Shown: positions 9,068 through 17,456 of the stretch, one piece after another
Position numbering within the stretch: the first letter of the stretch is position 1
Layout of the letters: every line of letters starts with the position of its first letter
Source: a virus
Direction: 5' to 3' (one strand)
DNA: 64,000 bases
IMG/VR virus record: IMGVR_UViG_3300023115_001620
Span: 27,023-91,022 of that record
Translations under genes and position numbers: made by a program
The notes under the pieces: model-generated
What the model saw: the letters and a program-made list of their open reading frames with translations, nothing else
Database searches by the model: none
Told to the model about the DNA's origin: nothing

Positions 9068-9789
9068 TACTTACTCTGTGCTGGAAGTATATAATCGTAT
9101 TTTGCCATTCCTGAATCAACTGTAATCATCATAGCGCCTTGGTCCGAAATGCTCATAGTCAAATCGCCATCTAAATTTAAGATGCTTTGTACTTGTGCAA
9201 CAGGCCAACTCCAAGTGTGCTGTAAAGAACCCTCTACATCGTGTTGGAAAACAAACTCGCCTGCGTGTGTGCTTGCATCACCAAAGCTAAAAACAAGATT
9301 ACCATCAACAGTTTTAACATTAAATGTTGGTTCTTCTGAATGTGCAGCACTCATAAGCTTCATACGTGCAATTGCAGCTACACTAGGCTGTAGAGTAACA
9401 TTCCAACTTGCACCTTTAAACTTAACGGTCTTAAGTTTTTCTTCAATAATTGCTTTGTTCATAAAGCGGTAATCGTTCTGGAAGTCACCAGTTGCATTTT
9501 CAAAGTGAATGTGTGTTGGAACTGTTTCGCCATTGCGTTCTGCTTGTACAACTTCAATTTTAGCATTGTCTTTGTACTCAGGGTTTTTCAAATGTAGCGC
9601 AAGTTTGTCTAAGTTTGGCATACCAAAAGTGCCTTCTGCCACTTTATGACCTGAAGTTGCGCTTAGAATTACGCTACGATCATCTGCCATTGAGTCGATT
9701 GTTGTTTCGTCCTCGCCTGTAACTTTAACTAGACTTAGAAAACCAAGTGCATGTGTATGTGCAACAACGTCTTGTAAGATATCTTTCAT
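9067..9789 (-). CDS. probable DNA sliding clamp (gp45/PCNA-like)
   Basis: 240 aa (two-domain clamp size), beta-rich pattern, terminal YDYILPA strand; PolB and clamp loader in the window. Inference from size and context. Confidence 0.55.
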   Translation of the reverse strand: MKDILQDVVAHTHALGFLSLVKVTGEDETTIDSMADDRSVILSATSGHKVAEGTFGMPNLDKLALHLKNPEYKDNAKIEVVQAERNGETVPTHIHFENATGDFQNDYRFMNKAIIEEKLKTVKFKGASWNVTLQPSVAAIARMKLMSAAHSEEPTFNVKTVDGNLVFSFGDASTHAGEFVFQHDVEGSLQHTWSWPVAQVQSILNLDGDLTMSISDQGAMMITVDSGMAKYDYILPAQSK

Positions 9790-10577
9790 TATACTGTTTC
9801 TCCATTGAATAAATCTATTATATTATCATTACCTTCTTTTGTCAAGAAGTTTTGTATTTCGTATTTAGGTTTAAACCCAAGTGCTTTCATTTTCTCCATG
9901 TTTGCACAAGTCCATTCTCTTTCTCCTGGAGTATTTAGGCGAACAGGAAGTTTAGGCGCCAAGTCTTGAACACGCACTGGACGCCCTGTACCAATGTCAA
10001 CAACACCATTGACATGTGGTGCATTTATGAGTATTTCAATTGCATCTAGCATATCTTCTAAATGAATGAAATCTCTATAGTGCTTTGTTGTATATTCTAA
10101 TGTACCGTTACGTAGTTTATTAAAGAACATATTCTTTCTAGGACAATTATCTGAGTACACAGTGTGGAAACGCATTCCTAACATTGTTCCTGCGTTATAT
10201 CTTTCTGCAAGTTCTTCTAAAATATATTTAGAAGCTGCATAAGGATTTAAATCTGGTTCATAAGCACTTGAACTACTTGCATAAAGTATCCTTGTACCTT
10301 CATAATGTTCAAATAGTCTACGGCTTGCTTCAACATTATTCAACCAATATCCTGCAGGATCTTTAATACTTTCACGAACACCGCTTTTGCCAGCAAGGTG
10401 AATAATTAAATCAAATTTTTCATTAAACTCACATGTTAATAAATCTTGAGTATTGTTAAGTTTGTCCCTATCCCAACCATCTTTTAAGTCTATACCTACA
10501 ACACTATAGTTTTTTGTAAGACGTGTAAGCAGATTGCTTCCTATGTATCCTCTATGACCTGTCAGCAAAATTTTCAT
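9789..10577 (-). CDS. NAD-dependent epimerase/dehydratase
   Basis: TGHRGYIG, IHLA, ASSS, YAASK. Confidence 0.9.
   Translation of the reverse strand: MKILLTGHRGYIGSNLLTRLTKNYSVVGIDLKDGWDRDKLNNTQDLLTCEFNEKFDLIIHLAGKSGVRESIKDPAGYWLNNVEASRRLFEHYEGTRILYASSSSAYEPDLNPYAASKYILEELAERYNAGTMLGMRFHTVYSDNCPRKNMFFNKLRNGTLEYTTKHYRDFIHLEDMLDAIEILINAPHVNGVVDIGTGRPVRVQDLAPKLPVRLNTPGEREWTCANMEKMKALGFKPKYEIQNFLTKEGNDNIIDLFNGETV
9817..9845 (-). promoter_or_regulatory. consensus sigma70 promoter for the clamp/TGT-like operon
   Basis: TTGACA-17 nt-TATAAT inside the 3' end of the epimerase; GGAG SD follows. Confidence 0.75.
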
Positions 10578-11259
10578 TAAGTATCCTCCATGTGTCCTTC
10601 CAGTGTTTCACATGATAATTGCAACCTTTTTTATTTGCGTTAGCTAAAGGTTGATCATTACCACCTAACTGCATTGCGTCACCAAAAAATATTAATGTAT
10701 CATTACTGTCAAAATCATTTACTATTTGACTTTTATCAAAGCCCTTTGGCGAAATGTCAATACCTGTTTCTCCACCTACCTTTGCTTCTAAGTATGGAAA
10801 CATAATATTGAAACTGTGAGCAATTTTATATCGTTCAGCCTTTTTTGTATCATAACGTACATACTGTGCACGTTGTTCTTTGTCTGCACCTCTGCCAACA
10901 ACACTAAAATTTACCATTCCTGGGCGATGTTCAAAATGTTGTCCTGTACGCAACGGAAATTCACTTTCAGTTAAACATTGGGCAAGGAATGTGTGAGGTG
11001 TTTCTTCTAATATCCATTCATTTTGATGTACATTTGTGTCTTGCTCCCAAACATCGTTTCCGTTGCAATTATAAACTCTCACAGCAAGATTGTAAATAGA
11101 CAAACCTACTTGTTCAACAGTTTTCATTTTATCAGAACCTGTAACCAAATAACATGAATTATGGCTGGCAAAGTTCTCAAACCATGCAGCAAAGTCTTTA
11201 TCTATTTTTCCTCTGCTAGGAGTCAGTGTTCCGTCTACATCAAAAACAAATTTATTCAT
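10552..11259 (-). CDS. phosphomannomutase-like HAD-IIB phosphotransferase
   Basis: FDVDGTLT, VTGSD, EHRPGMVNFSVVGR, FFGD...GGND. Confidence 0.8.
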   Translation of the reverse strand: MNKFVFDVDGTLTPSRGKIDKDFAAWFENFASHNSCYLVTGSDKMKTVEQVGLSIYNLAVRVYNCNGNDVWEQDTNVHQNEWILEETPHTFLAQCLTESEFPLRTGQHFEHRPGMVNFSVVGRGADKEQRAQYVRYDTKKAERYKIAHSFNIMFPYLEAKVGGETGIDISPKGFDKSQIVNDFDSNDTLIFFGDAMQLGGNDQPLANANKKGCNYHVKHWKDTWRILNENFADRS

Positions 11260-11410
11260 TTACACAAATTGCCTTTTCATCTTGATCAAATGTTGCTTCT
11301 AACACAGCTTGGTTTATTAGACACTGTTTTTGTGAATCATACCTGTTGAATTCTGTGACTTTGTATTCATTATACTCAGGTATAAAACTTAGTACAAATA
11401 GAATCCACAT
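11252..11410 (-). CDS. small hypothetical protein (52 aa)
   Basis: Manual translation MWILFVLSFIPEYNEYKV...KAICVNE; TAATG coupling. Confidence 0.55.
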   Translation of the reverse strand: MWILFVLSFIPEYNEYKVTEFNRYDSQKQCLINQAVLEATFDQDEKAICVNE

Positions 11411-11589
11411 TAGGTGTCTTTCTCTTCTTTTTGTTTTTTGCGTTTAGTATAAAAGCCACCTTTGAATTCAATATCTTCTGTTCTTTTACCACTTACACCT
11501 ACTGTAATTTTTCCACCATTTTTTATATATTCATCTACTAACTTTTGTTCTTCGTCAGTTAATGATCGACTCACAGGATTCATACTCAT
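11410..11589 (-). CDS. small basic hypothetical protein (59 aa)
   Basis: Manual translation MSMNPVSRS...EYIKNGGKITV...KEEKDT; ATGA coupling. Confidence 0.6.
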   Translation of the reverse strand: MSMNPVSRSLTDEEQKLVDEYIKNGGKITVGVSGKRTEDIEFKGGFYTKRKKQKEEKDT

Positions 11590-12002
11590 TTACTTTCTCT
11601 TTCTGCTACTCGCTTACGCAAGTCGCTACTGCTGAAGCGGTGATCTCGTTTGTTAAAGTGTAGCTGGATACCCCGCTTCTTGCAAATATCCTTGCCAGTA
11701 AAATCCTTTTCTCTATACTCTTCACCTAATATTCTAACATCAATATGATACATTGTCAAGATATCTTCTAGGTCTTTTTCAGATGTATATGGAATTATTT
11801 CATCTACGTATGCAACTGCTTTGAGTTGTGTGTAACGTTCTACTACAGTTTGTATAGGAGAATTCTTTTCAGGCCTGTCTACGTTAGGATCTACTTGTAA
11901 TCCGCATATTAAGTAATCACATTGTTCTTTTGCTTCACGCAACATTTGTACGTGTCCTGCGTGAAGTAAGTCAAATGTTGAACAAGTAAATCCTACCTTC
12001 AT
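11586..12002 (-). CDS. glycerol-3-phosphate cytidylyltransferase-like (TagD family)
   Basis: FDLLHAGH (HxGH), VDEIIPY, terminal SSS. Confidence 0.85.
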   Translation of the reverse strand: MKVGFTCSTFDLLHAGHVQMLREAKEQCDYLICGLQVDPNVDRPEKNSPIQTVVERYTQLKAVAYVDEIIPYTSEKDLEDILTMYHIDVRILGEEYREKDFTGKDICKKRGIQLHFNKRDHRFSSSDLRKRVAERESK

Positions 12003-12106
12003 CCTAGCTGCTCCCTTAGTTCTTCAAGAAGTTCTAATAGCTTTTGCATTAGTTCTTCGTCTTGTGTTTTTTCTGTATCAAATTCTACTTCTACTTTTAT
12101 TTTCAT
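11999..12106 (-). CDS. small hypothetical protein (35 aa)
   Basis: Manual translation MKIKVEVEFDTEKTQDEELMQKLLELLEELREQLG; ATGA overlaps on both sides. Confidence 0.55.
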   Translation of the reverse strand: MKIKVEVEFDTEKTQDEELMQKLLELLEELREQLG

Positions 12107-12510
12107 TGTGTTAGTCCTTGAACCAAATTCATAGCAACTGCTGTGCCGCTAATACTTGATCCTATCATAATTGCTCTATCGCTCCAGCTCATTCCTACAA
12201 AGATCCATCCTATTGAACTGAGAATGTATGCTATTTGTCCATACATTGTGAATCCTGCACTAATTGAAAATACACCTATCACAGCAAGTACCATACTTGC
12301 CCATTTTACATACCAGTCTACTGTGCCAGTAGGTGTTGTAGGTGTTAGATCTTCAACTTCGTGTTGTAGTTCTGCAAGCTCTTGTTTAAGACGTTTACGT
12401 TCTTTTGACAGTTCTGCTGCAAGTTGAGACGCACGATTTTCTCTAGATGCTTCTTTGTACTCGTCTTTTACCATTTGTTCGTGTTCTGTCACGTTAGTCT
12501 CCAAAATCAA
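12103..12510 (-). CDS. coiled-coil plus 3-TM membrane protein
   Basis: Hydrophobic C-terminal half; real start may be GTG at 12492. Confidence 0.7.
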   Translation of the reverse strand: MILETNVTEHEQMVKDEYKEASRENRASQLAAELSKERKRLKQELAELQHEVEDLTPTTPTGTVDWYVKWASMVLAVIGVFSISAGFTMYGQIAYILSSIGWIFVGMSWSDRAIMIGSSISGTAVAMNLVQGLTQ

Positions 12511-15166
12511 ACAAACTTGAGAAAGTGTTGTGTTGTTTAGTATCTTCTAGTGGATAGTTAAGCACACCAATCAAGTTATCTAGTTTATTATCAATAATAG
12601 TTTCCGCCATAGCCGCATCGTCAAACGGCAGTTCCTTAAACCATTCAGGCAAACGTAGCTCATCTGTTGGATAAGCAACACTAGTATAGCCTAGTGGATT
12701 TGGTTTGAGTTTGCATACAATAACTTTCATACCATCTACAATCTCTTGCGAGTATTTGTCACCGTTCATACGTTTTAGTGTATTCCAGTTGATACTTGCT
12801 CTTACGTGACCAGGCATGTTTGCTTTGCCTTGTTTTTCTTCAAGACGTTGATAGTGTCCAATTTTGTTTGCACGTTTAGGCGAACCTTTTTCAAATCCTG
12901 GACGCTGTTCAAACTCTTTGCGGAACTCTGTAATACGCTGTAGCACATCTTCTTGTGATGCATCTGTAAGCACCATTAGTAGCAGTTCTTTTAGGAACTC
13001 CTGCATAAACACTGGAGTATCTGATCTACGCAAGTCCAAGCCCATTGCTTTTACTTTACCTGGCTTACCATCTGTGTCTGTTCTAAAGCCTTCGTTATCA
13101 ACAACTAATGCTGCATATCGCTTCTTAGTAATGTACAGGCCTGATTGTGCAACAATTTCTCTACCTGCTGCAATAACATCGCTCCTTGTCTTTGGACAGT
13201 GAAATGCTCTCAGCATAAAGTCTGGGAATGTTGTGTTTGCTTGTTCGCACACTTGATCATACAGTGTAATACACTTGTCTATGTTAAAGTCAAGTGCTCC
13301 ACTTTCTACATCGTCTTTGAGAGCAGGCCAAGCACTAAAGTACACAGAGTCTGTATCACCATATATAACACTTTTGCCTGTGTGATCATATTCGCCTGTG
13401 ATAACTTTGTTAACTTCAGCACTCATATGCTTAACAATTTGTCTACCAGTTAGTGTAGTTGACTGTCCTATCCTTTTGTCAAAAAATCTACAACCAGGAT
13501 TAAGAATAGCTCCATAAAGTGAGTTAAGATTAATTTTCTTAACAAGTTGCCGCTTGTCCCAGTACTCAATCTCTGCATCGTTCTTTGCATCTTTAGCTTT
13601 CTTCAGCATCTTCTGCATGTCTTTACGTTCTGCATACCAACGCTTTAGGATACCTGGAATGACACCTTCAAACTCTGTTGTAAAGATTGTACCATTTGCA
13701 CTTAGCATCCAAGGCATTTGACTGTCAAAGATAAGTTGATAAATCTCTGCACCGCTTAGTACATCTGAACGTCCATCTTCCCAGTCAACTGTAAGTGCAA
13801 CATCTTTGCGTTGCTCCATAACTGCATCATATTCTTCAACATTAAAGCGTCCTTCCCAGCTGCCTGCGAATGACTTTTTCTTTAGTGTAGTATCTTCGTG
13901 TACACGAGCATCTGTAATCTCAGGACGTATCTGTCCTACAATAGTTTCTGGAGCCATATTCAATGCACGAATCACTGAAGGATACAGTGAGTTCAAGTCC
14001 ATTGAGCCAATGTATTTGTGCAAGCCCTTTTTAGGAAACGCAACATACGCACCTGCGGCTTGTGTGCTTTCAGTGTCGTCACGCTTTGGACGATTAGGTA
14101 CTCGCAAATCTCTGTTGTGCGCTTCGTTGATAATACCTTGTTCTGTAACAGCAACAGCACCCATAGTTGTTTGCAGTAGAACAGTGTTTTCGTGTGCAAT
14201 TGAATTACTTAGATCAATAAAGCGTAATTTTTTGTCAAGTTTGTCAAGTAGTGCAGTATCTTGAATGTTATATTCAATGAACTTGCGGAAGTCATTATTA
14301 TACAACTGGTCCAATGTGCCTTCATATGGCACCTTGTTTTCACCTACTTCAATCTCACCAATTGCATCCAAGCGATATGAATGACGTTCTTCATATGTGT
14401 ATTTGCGATACAGTTCTAAACTGTCCAAATGCACACGACCTACTAAGTCAAATGTTACTGCTTGTTTCCCATACTTTTCATATTCACGTTTCTTAGGCAA
14501 CTGTCCCCACAAACAAAAACGTCTTGTGTCGTCTTTGCTTAGTACACGACTTGTTCTGTTTACAGTATACGGAATATCATAACCTTCACTGTTCCAACCT
14601 GACAAAATATCTGCATCTTCAATAAGTGTTAAGAACGTGTCAATCATATCACCTTCACGTTCAAACAACATTACGTTATCAATGCCTTCTAGTTCTTGTT
14701 TTGCTTGGTCCATTGTAAGTGTTTTAGGCGGAACAGCAAGACATACCATTGTTTCTAGCCACTGCAAATACACAGATATAGATGTAATTGGCATAAAAGG
14801 ATCTGCTGGATCAGCAAACCCGCGCTCTGGATCAAAGTCTGTCTCAATATCAAAGAACGCAATGTTTAGTTTAGGGGCGTCTTGATTTAGATAGTGTTCA
14901 CTCAAACACTGAAAGATTGGATTGATGTCACTTTCAAATAAGTTTTTGCTTTTGTTAATAGCAACTTCTTTGCGAAAGTCTTTTGTATTTTTACAAACAA
15001 TTCGTGTAAGGGGATCTCCGTACACACTTTTGTACTTGCCCTTAGGATCTTCATAGTAAAAAGTATATTTTGCTTGATATTCTTGATAGTGTCTTTTGCC
15101 GTCACGACGCTCCACGACACGGATAATATCTTGATCACGATCAAACATCGCATCAACGTATGGCAT
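12494..15166 (-). CDS. polB: family B DNA polymerase with 3'-5' exonuclease
   Basis: DIET, GWNSEGYD, YNIQD exo motifs; DLNSLYPS, KINLNSLYG, YGDTDS, KKRY polymerase motifs. Confidence 0.97.
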   Translation of the reverse strand: MPYVDAMFDRDQDIIRVVERRDGKRHYQEYQAKYTFYYEDPKGKYKSVYGDPLTRIVCKNTKDFRKEVAINKSKNLFESDINPIFQCLSEHYLNQDAPKLNIAFFDIETDFDPERGFADPADPFMPITSISVYLQWLETMVCLAVPPKTLTMDQAKQELEGIDNVMLFEREGDMIDTFLTLIEDADILSGWNSEGYDIPYTVNRTSRVLSKDDTRRFCLWGQLPKKREYEKYGKQAVTFDLVGRVHLDSLELYRKYTYEERHSYRLDAIGEIEVGENKVPYEGTLDQLYNNDFRKFIEYNIQDTALLDKLDKKLRFIDLSNSIAHENTVLLQTTMGAVAVTEQGIINEAHNRDLRVPNRPKRDDTESTQAAGAYVAFPKKGLHKYIGSMDLNSLYPSVIRALNMAPETIVGQIRPEITDARVHEDTTLKKKSFAGSWEGRFNVEEYDAVMEQRKDVALTVDWEDGRSDVLSGAEIYQLIFDSQMPWMLSANGTIFTTEFEGVIPGILKRWYAERKDMQKMLKKAKDAKNDAEIEYWDKRQLVKKINLNSLYGAILNPGCRFFDKRIGQSTTLTGRQIVKHMSAEVNKVITGEYDHTGKSVIYGDTDSVYFSAWPALKDDVESGALDFNIDKCITLYDQVCEQANTTFPDFMLRAFHCPKTRSDVIAAGREIVAQSGLYITKKRYAALVVDNEGFRTDTDGKPGKVKAMGLDLRRSDTPVFMQEFLKELLLMVLTDASQEDVLQRITEFRKEFEQRPGFEKGSPKRANKIGHYQRLEEKQGKANMPGHVRASINWNTLKRMNGDKYSQEIVDGMKVIVCKLKPNPLGYTSVAYPTDELRLPEWFKELPFDDAAMAETIIDNKLDNLIGVLNYPLEDTKQHNTFSSLFDFGD

Positions 15167-15214
15167 TCAATTTTTCTCCTTCGTTGCTTATGGCCAACTT
15201 AACCATCTACATGC

Positions 15215-15451
15215 CTATGCGGCGAAATCATATAGCAATCCTGCTACATATATTATAGTTAGTCCAAAGTTCATTACGACTAAACTTTTCTCCCTCCATA
15301 GGATACCAATAATCATCCATAGTGTGTTACTAATAATGAATCCCCAAACATAAAGAGGATAAACATTAAAAGCAGCAAGCGTAGCAGACAGTAATAAAGA
15401 TACTGTGCTAAACCATGCTAACCACTGATAAGGTTTTGTTTTATTTGTCAT
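15215..15451 (-). CDS. small 3-TM membrane protein
   Basis: Hydrophobic 78 aa ORF; topology resembles the TM part of 12103..12510. Confidence 0.7.
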   Translation of the reverse strand: MTNKTKPYQWLAWFSTVSLLLSATLAAFNVYPLYVWGFIISNTLWMIIGILWREKSLVVMNFGLTIIYVAGLLYDFAA

Positions 15452-15701
15452 ATCCTAAAGTAGTAATGAGTGTTTCTAAATCGTCATACGCATCTGCATG
15501 CGAATCCCAGTCACGTTTCTGTGCAATCTTAATTGCTTTGTTAATAAGGCTAGGCTTGATATCTAGTTCTTCTGCAACAGCCTTTACAGTTTCTTTTAAT
15601 CCAGCATTTAAATCTTCTACTTCTTGTAATACTGTAACGCCTTCACGCACTAGACGTTCTAGTTTGGCTTTTTCTTCAGCACCATAGGTACGAGATCCCA
15701 T
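15441..15701 (-). CDS. dsDNA-binding protein (T4 DsbA/GapR-like)
   Basis: Helical pattern LKETVKAVAEELDIKPSLINKAIKIA; strong SD AAGGAG. Confidence 0.6.
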   Translation of the reverse strand: MGSRTYGAEEKAKLERLVREGVTVLQEVEDLNAGLKETVKAVAEELDIKPSLINKAIKIAQKRDWDSHADAYDDLETLITTLGYDK

Positions 15702-15736
15702 ATATAGTCTCCTTTTGAGTGTCTAACTTAGTATTA

Positions 15737-15765
15737 AGTATATGGTATATTTAGGAATTTGTCAA
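15737..15765 (-). promoter_or_regulatory. sigma70-type promoter with embedded late-like TAAATA, heading the polymerase operon
   Basis: TTGACA-17 nt-TATACT; spacer contains CCTAAATA. Confidence 0.7.
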
Positions 15766-15773
15766 GTAATATT

Positions 15774-16685
15774 TTACTTTTTTTCGGCTAGTTTTGCATA
15801 CAGCATATCTTTAATTGATTCGTACTGTTTGCCTTTATGCTTTGCATAACCTTGTTTTGCAAGTTTCTTTTTATCTTTGTGCGCACCCATCGCACCACTC
15901 TTGCGTAGGTCGTTTAGTTTTTGTGCATTTGGATCTCGTGGTTTGATTAGTCTAGGGTCTTTTGATTCAGTAGGTTCCATTTCCATTCTTTTAAGTTGCA
16001 TCATAACCTTTTGTGTTTGTGCTGGATCCATTTGCATAAGTCTTTGGAATGCTTCTGCCATTGAGTTCATTTCATTTCTGGTAAGTTGCTTACCAGATTT
16101 TGTTTTCTGTATTGCCATAGCTAACAATTTAGGATCACGCACACCTAAATCGCCAACTAATTTTTGGGGATTTACTGTTCCTTTAACTTTGCCTTGAGTT
16201 TGTTGTGATTGTTGATTAGTTGGAGCTGTTTTTAAACTTTGTTGAAAATTTCCTGCATTATCCATTCCGTGCTTGATTTGATTTTTGGCATATGACGCCA
16301 TTCCTTTTACAGCATCTAATGGCCCTTCATCGATGTCTGCTTCGCCGACAAGTTTATCCTTTAATGGATGTGGTTGTTCTCCTGTTGTGCTAGGAGTGCT
16401 TGTCTTTGGCATAGGATCTTTACCCTTGGCTTGACCTGCGGATCCTGTTTTTTGTTTTTCGTCTACGCGAACACCTGCAAGTGCAGCAAAATCTGCAATG
16501 CTGTCAATACCTAGCGGCATTGAACCTTTTTCAACTACAGCACTTTCTTCTAGGTAATTCTTCGTTGGCGGTACGTTTGTAAGATCACCTCCGCCTTGAG
16601 CAGCTTGTTGAAGTTTTGCTAGATCTTCTCTTGGATCACTTGGGTCCATTTCGAAAAGTTTGTGCTGTAGTTTGTGCCAATCCAT
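15774..16685 (-). CDS. modular K/Q-rich probable head-internal protein
   Basis: Low-complexity segments separated by YLEE, VDE, IDEG, LAE motifs. Confidence 0.7.
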   Translation of the reverse strand: MDWHKLQHKLFEMDPSDPREDLAKLQQAAQGGGDLTNVPPTKNYLEESAVVEKGSMPLGIDSIADFAALAGVRVDEKQKTGSAGQAKGKDPMPKTSTPSTTGEQPHPLKDKLVGEADIDEGPLDAVKGMASYAKNQIKHGMDNAGNFQQSLKTAPTNQQSQQTQGKVKGTVNPQKLVGDLGVRDPKLLAMAIQKTKSGKQLTRNEMNSMAEAFQRLMQMDPAQTQKVMMQLKRMEMEPTESKDPRLIKPRDPNAQKLNDLRKSGAMGAHKDKKKLAKQGYAKHKGKQYESIKDMLYAKLAEKK

Positions 16686-16686
16686 A

Positions 16687-17435
16687 TTACTTCTTTGCCA
16701 TCTTAGTTGCTGTTGCGTACATTACTGCTTCTGCATCTTTGCCATAACGATCTTTAAAATCGCCTTTGGCTTTCTTCATGCCCTTTACGTACTTTTCTTT
16801 TTTTTTGACTCGTCTTTAGTTAATGATCTTTCTGCAAGTTTGGCATGTAGTCTTTGTTTGTAAGTATCGTTAGCACTTTCAGCATGCATTGCTGCCATAT
16901 GCTTCTTGTACTTTTTAGTACCTTTTTTGTGAGGTGATTTACCTTCTGCTGCAACTGCTTTAATTTCTTTACCACAGCACTCACATTTTTTACCAACTTC
17001 ATTCATTGAATGCTTACCACCGCAATGTGAGCAGCTTGGTCCGCATCCACAAGATGCCTTTTCTGTTGCTTCTGTTACTGCGTTGCAACTACAACCTTTA
17101 CAGTCTGGAGGACATTTACAGTCTTCTGCTTTTACATCTTCTCCACAGCACTTAGATGAACAATGCTTACCTGCGCCTTCACCAAGTTCGCCTGTTGCTT
17201 GTTCATAATCTAAATGATGATATACTGAGCCTAAGTAGTCTGCTGCTTTTGTAATCTTAGATTGTACCCAACCTTCTAATCCTTCTGCTTCAGAAACATT
17301 CTTTAGCATTTCGTGGAGTTTGATTGAATACTTTGCTATTTTGTATAGGTCTGCTCTGGCCATCTGCACTTCATGGTCTTTTTCAGCCATGTGAGCCATA
17401 TCACCTAAGCCTTCACTAATTTCTTTATCTCTCAT
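16687..17435 (-). CDS. modular probable head-internal protein with Cys-rich modules; frame broken at an A9 run (16798-16806)
   Basis: Track ORF stops at 16785; the -1 frame continues KKKEKYVKGMKKAKGDFKDRYGKDAEAVMYATATKMAKK to TAA at 16687, abutting the next ATG. Confidence 0.7.
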
Positions 17436-17456
17436 TGAGCTGCTCCATAATACGTA

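Noticed and set aside
12494-15166. Intein or intron in the DNA polymerase
   Set aside because: 890 aa continuous ORF; the insert after motif A is short and lacks intein or homing-endonuclease signatures.
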